Source: Lama glama (lineage: Eukaryota). Taken from it: 64,000 nt of DNA. Shown here one piece after another: positions 43,652 to 55,500 of this stretch. The notes beneath the pieces are model-generated. The model had not been told where the DNA came from. It saw only the letters and a list, made by a program, of their open reading frames with translations, and searched no databases. How positions within the stretch are numbered: position 1 is the first letter of the stretch; every line of letters starts with the position of its first letter. Position numbers and translations under genes: made by a program. The stretch is taken from contig CM052816.1 of assembly GCA_028534125.1 (NCBI GenBank), forward strand, positions 14,758,001 to 14,822,000. The letters are read 5' to 3'.

Positions 43652-44953
43652 TGGAGGCCTGGGCAGCGGGCTTCACAGAGAAGACATGGCACCTGGCAAG
43701 TTGAAGGACTGGGGATTTGGGAATGCAGGGGCCCTAATCCTGGGCTGACACTTTCTATCTACTTGGTCCCTGTTCTAGCTCCTTGCCTCCCCAACTCAGG
43801 GACCAAAAATGGCCTAGCTGGCCCATCCTTCCTGCTGGGGCCACAGTGATCCTTCAACCAGCAGCACCTCTGGAGTACCCAGCACCCACAGAGGCCCCAC
43901 TGACCTCTCTAGGGGACCTGGTCCCAAACCTGCTCAGAATTTCCCTGGACTGTAATGCCAGTTTAAATCCACTGGTGCTGGTAGCTCAGCCCAAAGCTGG
44001 CTGCCTGGGCTGCCCTGTATACGACAGATGAGGGTCCAGCCTGGTGCTTGATTTATGGCTGGAATCTGGGGATCTGGTCAGTATCCTGGTGGCATACAGA
44101 GCCTCCCGCAAGCCCTGTTAACTGATGGGTCAAGCTTTGTTCAGCCCCCCATCAACACACCTACCTTTCCCTTCTGTATCTTACCACCCCATACTGTCTG
44201 AGAACATGCAATGGAATCTCTTGTTTGGGAAGAGGGAAGTCACAGCATGCAATGGGAACATCAAACAATAAAAAATGAAACAAAAGACTGGTCCCCAGGG
44301 TGTCGGGAAGAGGCATGGTAGCAAAATGCCCTCCCTAAATCCAGCAAGCGTCAGTACCACGGCAGTGGTGACCAGGTCTCCCAAAACTTGAGCTTGGTCT
44401 CAGGTTCTGGAAGGAGATGAAGGGACAGGCACCAAACCATGCTCTGGGGGAAGTTTGAGGATTGAAGGAGAGGCCAAGAGGTCATGATGCCCTTCCAATA
44501 CTTCAAAACTATCATCCTTTTTAGGTTACCAGGTACCTCAACACCCCAACCACTTACTCAAGAAAGAGGAGCTGTTGAGAAGGGTGGGGTGGGGTGGGTA
44601 GGAGGGAGGCAGGGGATGGATGGGCCTGATTGAATTTGGAAGATGGAAGAGTTCAGCTGTAACTAAAGGGGGGTGACAAATGGTGTCTACACTAACCCCA
44701 CTACCCCCACGGGCACAGCAATTGATTGGATGGGGGTTCCCAGCAGAACTCCCTTTGCATATTCAATCCCCTGGGGGCAGAGAGGGGGGTGTTGACGGGG
44801 CACTTGTTTCTGTTTCCCAAGGGGAGCATGGCCTGGGCCCCTACCAGGATCCTGGGGGTGAGCCCTGAAAATCCGAGGCCTGGGTACAGGTAGGGAGAGG
44901 CTGGGTTGGTTGGGGAGGGAGGCTGCCCTGTGGCTCCAGGCCTGGCCTCCAAA

Positions 44954-45180
44954 TTACTTCTTCTCCTTCTTGCCCGACTTCTTCTTGTTCCCGTTGCCAC
45001 TTGCCGGGGTCTTGCCATCTCGCTTGCCAGCTGCGTTGGTCAGAGTAGCATTGCTGCCGGGGATGTAGACATTCTGGCGGTAGTCGGGCACGTGCTGCAG
45101 GGTGAACTGGGGCCCGTAGCGGGCACTGAGGCCCATGGTGCCGGCGCCCCCTCCCAGGGTGGAGCTTCCATCAGCAGCTT
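44954..45180 (-). CDS. PCDHGC5: Protocadherin gamma constant exon 3, coding part to TAA
   Basis: ctgcag acceptor. Encodes [75 protein letters not shown]. Total CDS 2460+59+89+227=2835 nt = 944 aa plus stop. Confidence 0.96.
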
Positions 45181-45339
45181 CTGCAGAGACAAGGGAAGGT
45201 GAGGGGCTGAACTTCAGGGTCCCCAACAGTCACTCTCTTATAGCACAAGTAGTTAATGAATACCTGCAAAGTTCCCAGCCCCAACCTTGCTGAGCACTGG
45301 AAATGCCGTCTCTATCCCCAAGGGGTAGACGTAAGAGGC

Positions 45340-45560
45340 TCAGGAGTGATAGCCTAGGTTTGATCCTAACTCTTTTACCTACTACCTGTGATCCTGGTCA
45401 AATCTACCTAAACTCCCCCCATGTCTCCTCGGTTTGCTGATCTGCAAAATGGGGATAATAATAGTACTTACCTCTTCTGGTTGTGGTGAAGGCTAACCAA
45501 GATGATATACGTACAGCTACACCGCAAGGTCTTCAAACATGCTGGCTGTTATTTCTCTCA
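45340..45560. mobile_element. MIR SINE
   Basis: atctgcaaaatggggataataatagtactta core. Other MIR-like pieces near 25970-26220, 49270-49445 and 53805-54020. Confidence 0.6.
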
Positions 45561-46249
45561 GGGCTGAGACACTGACTCAAGTCCCTGCCCTGCCCAAGGC
45601 AGCCTCTCTGGTCTCCACACTAGACCATGGGCTCCCGGAGGGCCGTGACAAGGGAGCTCGTGCTTGTGCAGCTCCTATCCTCCTCCCCCAGTGCTGGGCA
45701 CAGAGGGCAGTTCGTCGTTCCATCATTAGTTAGGAGGGGTGCTCTTCCGGGCATTCATCTCATGACGGCAGTTGATGCCAACCCGGTGCCAAGCACCTTG
45801 CTAGATGCTGCACATGCAGGACGGCTTTTAACCTCAACACAACAACCCAGGGAGGTGTGTGCTATTATTCCCGCTTTCTACCTGAGGGGAGCAAGGCTCA
45901 GAGAAGCTAAAAGACTAGCCCGAGGCCATACCGGCCAGGACAGGTGAGGGCAGCGCTAAGTCTAAGTGTATCTTAAGTGTATGCTGTAGAGCGTGGTCGT
46001 CGCCACCACCAGTGGCCTGGACCTCCTTACTCCTCCGAGGGTAAAGGAGGGGAGAGAGGACAGTGGTGAGCTGAGTTCTATGAGGCTGAGGTGATGAAGA
46101 TCCCAGACCAGATGTCCTAAGTACAGTGTAGGCACACGCTCAGTGACAGAGCTATAGGTGACATCAAAGAGCCTCCAGCCCAACTTCCCGCTGCGCACAA
46201 CAAAAACTGGGGCCCAGAGAAGTACAAATTCTGGCCCTGGCTCTGTGTT

Positions 46250-46332
46250 GCCTGGGAGCTTGTTAGAATCACAGACACTCAGAATCTGCATTTTAACAAG
46301 ATCTCCAGGTAATCTGTCTGCACGTTAAAAGA
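46250..46332. mobile_element. MER5-like hAT fragment
   Basis: ctgggagcttgttagaa...tcagaatctgcattttaacaagatctccaggtaat. Confidence 0.55.
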
Positions 46333-48571
46333 AGAGAAACAAAGACGTACCTCCCCATTGGGGTTTCCTGAGGACTCAAGGAGACGTGCGCAGGCGCATG
46401 GTAAGTGCTCACTAGATGTTAGCTGCTGCCATCTGACCATCCCCATCACACAGGGTCACTGCTCCCCCTGAATGCTCCCTGACTGCCTCCAGGGGGATTA
46501 AAAAACCAAGAGTTTTGCCGACTCTGGCTGATGTCTCGGGAGGCTCCTGCTGGAGTCTTCAGGTGGTAGAAGGGTTAAAAGCCCAAGAATGCCCAGCCCA
46601 GCCCCTCAGGCAGAAGGGCTCCCCCGACACTGGCCTCCCACTACCCCCGCCCCAGACCCTGGGTGACTAAAGCTGGAGAGGCTGAGTAATCCTGGGACAC
46701 CAACCAGGGATTGAGAAATAAGAGACAGGAAATATTTTCAGGGAACAAACCCGAGTGGGAGGGGCGTAAGAGAAGGCAGAGGAAAGATGAGCCCGGGCCT
46801 CCTCGCCGCCTCCTCACTCCAGTGCTCAGGTTTCTACAGCATCCATTTCAAGTCCCAAATCCCAGGATCCCGTGGCCTTGGGGCGGGGGAAGTGGGTTGG
46901 GTGGGAGGGAGCAGCTGCCCACTTCCTCTTCTCTTTCCCCAGGCCAGGCCCTCCCCGAGCCCTTTCACTCCACTGACAATTCCCTGTTTTCCCTAATTAA
47001 CTCCAGAAGGGGGCCCTGTCCTCCATTGCCCTGCCCCCTCCCCCTCCCCCTCCCCCTCCCCCAGCCCCTCCTCCAGCCTGGGACTTCAAGTGCTGGGGGG
47101 AGGGGGCCCAGATCCGGCTTCAAGAGCCAGAATTCCAGAATGATTTAGGGGCTTGAGGGGAGGACCTCAGAGGCGCCAGAGAGAAAGGCAGAGAGAGAGC
47201 GCACTCGAGAGAGACAGAAAGACACATGCACTCAAAGAAAAAGAGGAAGAAATGGGGAGAAACAAGGAGAAGGGAGGCAGAAATAGATAGACAGGAAGGG
47301 CTTGACTGGGAAACTGGAAGCCAAGCCCACCCACATCCTACAGGCACCCAAGATCTCTGAGGAGCATCTGAGTGTATGCAAGTCACAAAACCAGCCCCTA
47401 CCACCTCCTCCCCTAAAGCACAGACCTGATGCTGGCCTGGGCCCTATCGATGCAGTGAAGCTGGGCTGGACCGGGAGGAAAGAAGATGGGGAGACCTAGA
47501 GTGTAACAGAAAGAGACTGACGCTGGAGTTGCGCCTGGTCACCTCTGCCATGATGAGCTCCGTGACCTTGGCCGAGGCCCTGGCTGACTCAGGCCACTGT
47601 TTACCCATCTATAAATCTGAGGGGGAGCAGTTGGATAGCAAGCTCTGACCTTCTGTAGCATCAAGTCTCCAAATGGCCCCTCCTTCTACCCCTGCAAGAC
47701 CCATACTGGGCAGGAACCAGGATGCTCCCTGAGTCCAAGGAGAAACAGACTTTGAAGAGCAGCAAGGAAAAAACACCCGGGCATCCTCCAGCCTGGAGGA
47801 GGTGGGAGCGGGGCCAACCTCCTCTCCTGTGCCAGCCTCTCCTGAGGAAGCAGCTTCCAGCCCTAACCTCCCCTCTCCTCCTGCCCCGAGGCTGAGGGCA
47901 GCCACTCCAGAGCAGCCCGGAGGTCTGGTCAAGCCGGACCAGAGCCAGCTGAGCTGCAAACCGCAGCCTCCTTGAGAGCACACCTTCCCTCAAGTGTTTA
48001 TTTAAAAAGCCTCCCAAGTACACTGACTCTCCGGCTGACTTACTCCCTCGCAGCAGCCCCGCAGGCCTGGCTGGGCCGGCCTCCAGGGCCGGGGAGCGGG
48101 TGTGAGAGTGAGAAGAGGGCCTGACCCCACCACCTCCGCCCGCAAGGCCCACCCCCCAAGGCCCCGGCTTACACTTGGGTCAGGCCCTGTGTGGCCAGAG
48201 GGGTGAAGCCCGGGCGGCCAGCCTGCCGTGACTCAGGGGACCTTCTGGGAGGGTTTGGGACTATAAATACTGACTCCGCTTCTGTTTTCAAAATCTGGAT
48301 TTAGGCTAAAAAGCCTGCTTCCTGGCCTTAGGGTTCAAAGCCGCACTAGCTAAATATACCTTACTGTCTGTTTACTTCTCTCAAGAACCCAACTTTTGGC
48401 ATCTCAGACCTAGCCACTTGCCTTTTTCATCCTCAGCATCTGGCCTCTCTAGAATTACAGCCCCAGACCTGGGCCAGCTCTATCCCAGAAGGCTGGCCCC
48501 CCACACCCGCCACTTCCCCCTCACTCTTCTCTACCCAGGGCCTCGCCCCACTCAGCCTCAGACATCTGGGG

Positions 48572-48768
48572 AAGGCTTGTCAGATTCAGCAAATAAAAGC
48601 CAAGGGTGGGCAGTTAACTCTGAATTTCAGGTAAACAGTGAGCAATTTTTTGTGTGTGTTAGTATGTCCCAGTTCTAACATTTGGGACCTTCTTATGCTA
48701 AAATATGATTTGTTGTTTTTCTGAATTTAAAAATCAAGTGGCCATCCTGTATTTTATCTGGAACTCTA
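48572..48768. mobile_element. MER53 palindromic hAT-type MITE
   Basis: cagattcagcaaataaaa...tgaatttcaggtaaaca...gtatgtccca/tgggac...tctgaatttaaaaat...atcctgtattttatctggaactct; internally inverted. Confidence 0.7.
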
Positions 48769-50099
48769 ACCTGAGAGAATAATGCAGGGAGGGCATCGAG
48801 AGAAGTTCAGCCTCTAAATGTGTTCAGCGAAAAGGGAAACTGAGGCTGGATTGAAAGCCAGACATGGTCACTGGAGGAGAAAGGGCACGAACTTGGGAGT
48901 CGGGCTGGCTTTGAATCGCTAGTCTGCAGCTCAAAGTGGGGGCCTTGGAGCAAGTGACGTCTCAATTTCCTCAGGACACGGGCATGACTCTGGTGATCAC
49001 GGTTCTGCCTCTCCCCGGCTCTACCCACCCGCCCTCCAGACATGCTGGAGTGCCGGGCTCTCAGCCTGCTCTGTAAGGCCAGTGCCTTCCTCCTCTGCCA
49101 GCCTCCATACAAGCCCAGGATGGGCTGCTCCGGAGCTAGTCCTTATTAACGGGCATTCTTCTAATCCTGCCTTCTACGCCACCGTGGGTCATGTGAGATA
49201 ATAGTTATTCAGTTTTAGCCCCTGCATAGGGTGTCCTTACTCTCTGCCAACCCTTGTGCTGAGGCCTTACGTTCTGCCCTCACGACCCCACGAAGAGATC
49301 TGTTATTGTTATTCTGACTTTAGAGTCAGTGAAACTGCGGCCCAGAGGGGCCGAGTAACTTGCCCGAGGACACTCAGCCAAGGGGTGGCACTAGGACTCA
49401 ATCCAGGCCAGCCTGCCTCCAAAGCCTACAGTACTTTTCGGTACCAGTGATGTTATTCTGCTTGCCCGCTCAGGACTCCTGTTACTCCTCAGGGACGACA
49501 GCCATCATCTGAATCTCTAGTGCCTGTTCAAGCTCTTCGTTAGCCTTGTGGGAAAACCAAAATCCTGCTCTGGAGGTGGGGGCAACAAGAGAGAGAAGGG
49601 GTCTCATGTGCCCAGAGTGTCCTCTCCCTGCTGGGGAGGGACTGAGGGCCTGTGTGTGCCACGCCCAGCAGGTGTTGCTTTGTGGTATCATCTCACTGAT
49701 CCGCAGAGCAACTCTTTGAGGTCCCTGCCCCTGTTTTCTTGGCTGAGGAAACTGAGGTTTAGAGAGAGAAAGCACATTGATCAGAGTCACAAAGATTGTG
49801 AGGGGTAGAGTTAGGACCCAACTGATAGCGGTCCCCTTCTAGGGGCTGGACTTTTAGCCACTACTCCCCACTTGTCCTGCAAAGATCTTCCCTCGTTCAC
49901 TTCCCTCTGTGCATCCCGGACACCTCCCCCCTCAGCTATTCCCTCATGTGGCTTTGTAACCTGCAGCTGTCGGCCCTCTCAGACCTGCCGATAGGTCCGG
50001 AGGAGCCACACAGACGGAAAGCCGGTCTCAGGGCACGGTGCTGTGGGATGCACCCCAGAAGCCCGGGGCGCCCATCCTGCGCATACTGGCACAACTCAC

Positions 50100-50188
50100 C
50101 ACTGGCGGAGGCCAAGATCATGGCTTGCAGCATCTCTGTGTCAAACTGGTTGTTGGGCCAGGTGCCGGTTTCATCGCCATTTTGGGAG
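50100..50188 (-). CDS. PCDHGC5: Protocadherin gamma constant exon 2, 89 bp
   Basis: cag acceptor, gtgagt donor. Encodes [29 protein letters not shown]. Confidence 0.96.
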
Positions 50189-52271
50189 CTGGGGAGAAAA
50201 TGGGATGGTGAGTTTGGTCTCCCAGGCCAGCCCAGCTCACATTCCTCCAGTCCTCTCCCAGGGCTCCCAGATCTATCCCAATCCCCAGCCAGCGCCCAAG
50301 CCCTGCTCCCTTTCAGCAAGTTAGGAGGCAGCTTATACAACCAGGAAGCCAGATCCCCATTTGTCACTTCCCCAAACCAGCTTTCTCGGGTTTCAGGCAC
50401 CATGGCCCTTGGTGGGGGGGCGAGGCAGGACACACTGCAGCTTGTCCTCCCTGAGAAAGCAGAGGCTCCCAGTGAGGGAGGGCAGGACGGTGGAGGTGGG
50501 AAATGAGAGAATGTATCAGAGCTGGAGAAAAGCATGAGAACCCAGGGGGAGAGGTGGGAGGCCCCACAAGACCTGGGAGCAGGGAGAGAGAGGTTTTTAA
50601 AACTCAAATCTGATCACTTCAGTGGCTTGCTGAACCCCCAGGATCAAACCCACGGTCACATAAGAACCAGCCCTGCCTGTCTTACAAGAACACTCTCAGC
50701 CCCACTCCCCAACATTCTATCATCAGACCTTTTCTGAGGCACTTCCCCTAATTCCTCAGACTCTCTCTTGCAGCGCATCCTGGGCAGATAAATGCAAATT
50801 GCCTACCTCTGCCTCGGTAACATGAATATGATTTGCCAGAGGGAATCCCTAAACCCACCCAGGCTAGACTAGGTGCCTCCACTGTGCTCCCATCCCCACG
50901 GCTGCCCCGGGGGCACGGCTGCTGTACCATCTGCTCCGCCCCAGATCCAGCTCTGTGAGCTCTGGGACCAGGCCCCTGCCCTTTCCTACTGAAGCACCTC
51001 GTTAAGACCTTTAGGTGCTCCAAGCATTGAGAGAAACATGAAGTGATTCTCAATTGTTAAATTGTTAACCTGTAAAAGAACTCTACGGAATGCCAACTCA
51101 ACTTGGATTTTTCCCATAGTGACTATTTCTGTGCTTTGGGGGGGAATTTTCAAGGATTAAATGATTTCCATTTTTGAGGGGAGGGGGAAGCAGCCTGACA
51201 GACACCCAGTCTATTAGGTGACCCTTGCATGCTCTGCAACACCTAAGTTCATCAGTACATACTTGGAGCCTGAATGAGTGGGAGACCTGCGGAGTTACGT
51301 TACTACGGGGTAAGATGTGGCAGCAGGGCAGCAGCTGCAGGGAGCACCTTAGAGGCTTTAAAGAGTGAGTGAGTGCGAGCGTGAGTGCGCGTATATTTTG
51401 TCATGGTGGATGAGCACAGTCAAGAACTGCTTTACATTTTTTCCAAGGTCTGTCCCAGCTTAGTCTCCCCTGCTCTGGACTTCCCTATCCCCAACTAGGT
51501 GGATTCAGCCAAAGGCTCAGATCAGAGCACACAGCTGCTGCGTGGTGTCCTCTACACCATCACAGCAAACAAAGAGTTAGGGATGGAGGAGAAAGCAGGA
51601 ATGTCATTTCTCCCTCCACGGGGTGGGAAGAGCTGGAATCAGATCTGGATTCATTTATTCAACCAGTGTTTATTGAGCAATTACTGCATACCAGCCACTG
51701 GGCTAGGAGCTGGGGTCAGAGCTGTGAACGTGACTGAAATAGTCCGACTTTACAGTGCTCACAATCTCCACTGAGAAACTGATATTAAATAATTATGTAA
51801 TGGTTCCATTGCAATTATGACAAGTGACATGGAGGCCAAGAGCAGGAGGCATAGGAAAGCCCTGACCTAGTCGGGATTAGGGAGTCAGCCCATCCAGGCT
51901 TTCCTGAGGAAAAGACAAGGAATTTAAACCTCAAGAAACTATCCCACTGATTTGCAGGAGGAAGCCAGCTAAACAAATGCAGGAGGGATGATAGAACCAC
52001 TGATATAAGAAACAGTCTGAGACAAGGCTCATGGGTGAATACTAAAATACTAAAAGCAGTGAAAGGTGACTGCAAAGTCTCAAATGTCACCCACAATTTA
52101 TGTATTAATCACCAATATTTATAAGCATCTTTGTCACGGGGAGATCTGGGGATACCACTTTATCAGTGAACGAAATGAGCATCACTGACAACAGGACAAA
52201 CTGACACAAAATGATTCCCAGCAGAAAGTGCACAACTGCACCCACAGTCTTCTTAACAAGTATGTGTAACC

Positions 52272-52516
52272 AGGGGAGGGGGGTGGGAGGGGACAGACTG
52301 GGAGTTCAAAATCTGTAGATACTGACAGGCATATGTAGAATAAACAAACAAGATTATACTGTATACCACAGGGAAATATATGCAAGATCTTGTAGTAGCT
52401 CACAGTGAAGAAAAATGTGACAATAAATATATGTATGTTCATGTATAACTGAAAAATTGTGCTCTACACTGTAAAATGACTATAACTCAATAAAAAATGT
52501 TTCAAAAAAAAAAAAG
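52272..52516 (+). mobile_element. 5'-truncated L1 3' end with poly(A) tail
   Basis: G-rich start gggagggggtgggaggg, then tatactgtataccacagggaaatata, ending in aataaaaaatgtttc plus an A tail. tgtgtaacc is repeated on both sides. Confidence 0.7.
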
Positions 52517-55500
52517 AAACCAGACTGTGTAACCTGATCTCACCAAGAGAGAATGATCAGCAAACCCCGACTGTGGGACATTTTGAAAGACGACTGGCCT
52601 GGACTCTTTAAAACATGCCCATGTCATTAAAAAAACCAACCCCTCCAAAGGTAAGGAGGCTGCTTTAGATTAAAAGAGATGAAAGAGACAGCACAAGCAA
52701 ATGCAATTCATGCTCCTTCACTGAATCCTGGAGTTAAAAAAAAAAAACAGGTTAAAAGGACGTTAGGAGAACATTTATGAAAATCTGCTAGTGGACTGTG
52801 TGTTATTCCATTAATGTTAAATTCCTCAAATGTGATCATTCTTTTGTGGTTATGAATGAGAATACTGTTATTAGGAGATAGATTCTGAAGTATTTCAAAT
52901 GTTACGATGTCTGCAACTCTCAAATGGTTCAGAAAGGAAAAATGTGTGTGGGGTGTGTGTTTTGAGTAGGGAGAAAGAGAAAGCAAAATGTGTAAAATAT
53001 TAATGAATGATGAATCTAGGTAAAAAGTATTTGGATGTTCCATACACTATTCTTTCAATTTGAGAGGTTTGAAACATTTCAAAGTAATAAACTGAGGGGT
53101 AAAATTAAGTTATCTAGGAGAAAGGTAGTGTTGGGAGAGAGCTTTCCAAGCAGAGGGAGTAAATACTGAGGCTGAGTGGAGCGTGTACGTTCAAAGACTA
53201 AGAGAAACACAAGAGGGAGGGCGGGTCAGGGCGAGGGCTGCAGAGTGGACACCAAAGATTTTGGTCTCATCCTAAGATGAGAAGCCACTGAGGCCATTGG
53301 ATTTAAGTATTTAAAGATCATTTTTGCTCCTATGAGAAGACCAAGGGTTGAGGGGACACCTCTGGGAGGACAGGAACCCAGGGATGCGGCCCCAGCCACC
53401 TCTGTCTCCATGAAAATCCAGGAGTCTTGACTTGCAGCCAGGCTCCGCTGTCCCTGGGGCTGAGGCAAGGGGGCTCAGGTGGAGGCGAAGGGCCGCATGG
53501 GGACAGAGTGGGGAGAGCAGCGCAGTTGAGAGCAGGGAGGGGAGCTCTGGGGCTGTGGGGAAGACAACAGGGTCAGACACCTGGTTAGGAGGACACCATC
53601 GCGGGGCAGAAGGGGGATCACATGGCCTGGGGAATAAAACTCAGTGGAAGGATGGGCCTGGAACCATGACGGCCTGGGCTGAAAGAAGGATTCTAGGGAA
53701 ATGGCTCAAGGCTGGAGGCCAACTACCCGGGCAGGCTGCCAGCTCTTTGAAGCTGGGCAGGAGATGAACGGAGAGAGACTTTTTTTTGAACCATTTACTG
53801 AGAGCTTCCTATTCCCTGGGTCCTGGGCTGGCTAAATTATATACATGTTGTCTATTCCAGCCTCAGAACCACCTGCAGCTAAGTGTTAGAAGTGTCCCTA
53901 TTTCCCAGCAGATGAAACTGGGGCTCAGAGAGATTGAGAGACTTTCCCCAAACCACACAGCTGGCAACAGGCAGAGCTGCAACCTGAAATAGGGCTAATG
54001 TTACTCCCGAGCCTGTGCTCTTACACATGACAACATGCTGGGCTTCAGCCTGGAGGCCCGGGAGCCCTGGCAGCAGTGACAGGAGACTCTTCTAGGATTT
54101 GGGGAACAGTGGAAAAATAAAAGTGAAAGAGATGGACTACATCTAAGTGACCATTTTCCAAGCACCATGTGCCAGTGCCTGTGACAGGCCCTAGGATTTA
54201 AGAGATGACAGATACAGTTCTCACCCTAAGGAGTTTGTATTCTTGTACACTGGGTATGTGTGTGAGGGACTAGCCCAGAGGCTGGGCTGTGGTAAAATGC
54301 TCCCTGATCATGCTCAGAAAAAGGGAAAAATCTGGGAAAGTCATCCCTGACAGGAGCCTGGATTTCATTGTATTAAATCTAAAAGCATGTGAAGTGTTTA
54401 TGTAGTAAAAGTCTATCAGCATTTTAAAATATACATTTTGGTCCATATAAGGGGCTATTATGCAACAATTAAGTGTCAATTTAATAAATAATCTTGCTTC
54501 AAAATAAGAACAATTTTCAAGAATTGTTTACTGACACGAGGAAATTCCCATGATGTCATACAAAGAGGGAAAAAAAAACAGGCTAAAATACTGATGCACA
54601 CGGTATGACCTCAATGACTCCAAAAAAAAAAAAAAAGAAACCACTGAGAAATATCACTTGACTGGGAATGAGAGTTCTTGATATTCTGTGAACAATTTAC
54701 GTAGGTGAATCAGATTTTTAAAAGAAGAATAAAAAGAGGCAGCAGCAGAAGCAACAGAAGAAGGAAGAGAAGGGGAAGCAGGAGCAGCCACAGCCCATCT
54801 GTGTTGTTTAACTGCACAAAGGAACAGATTTGAAATATACACATAAAAATTTTAAGAGAGCCTAAGACATGTGAGACACTCAGCCAAATATAAAATATGG
54901 CTCTTAATTTGAGTAAGCGTGCAAACCAGGTAACAGAGGGAGATACATAATTGGGGAAGTGTGGATATATACTAAATATCTGATGATGTTTGTAATAATA
55001 TCATATTAATAAACTAACAGATTGTTAGTTTCTTCAGATTATTTCTGGGACTTATGTGTTTTAAAAAATGAATCATCTGTTAAAGATAGTGAAGACTCAG
55101 ATGATATCATACGATGGCTGAGATTTGTTTTAAAATAAATCAATGAGAGGAGATGGAAGTGAAACATGTCAGTCGAAGCTGGATAGTGGGGCCAGAGAGG
55201 CTCATGACACGGATCTTTCTATCTTTGTATAGATTTGAAATTTTCCGTATTAAAAAAAAGTGAGTGGTGGTTTCCCTGGGTTGTAAAATTAAGGGGGCTT
55301 CTTCTTTTAAATGGTTTTAACTATTTCTTATGTTTCTATAATGAGCATAGGTTATTTTATAAGCAGAAAGAAGTAAGTTACTACTTGTTTGTTGAATGAC
55401 TGCCCAAACTGAGGGGGGGCAGGGATAGTCTCTCTGGAGGAGGGTGGGTTGCAGAATAGAAGGGGAAGGACAGTATGAAGCCACCAAAATAGAACAGTGT

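Larger units (their letters stand above)
43170..44953 (-). other. PCDHG common 3' UTR (end approximate)
   Basis: Follows the TAA. AU-rich end with ATTAAA on the minus strand at 43190-43195. Confidence 0.7.

Noticed and set aside
42376..43748. Long overlapping ORFs (e.g. 241 aa at 42516-43241 and 188 aa at 42376-42942)
   Set aside because: These arise from stop-codon scarcity in GC-rich sequence. They show no recognisable domain and occur in several frames on both strands.
44350..44370. RE1-like GTCAGTACCACGGCAGTGG in the PCDHG 3' UTR
   Set aside because: It lacks the A of the GGACAG half site and has a mismatch in the left half.
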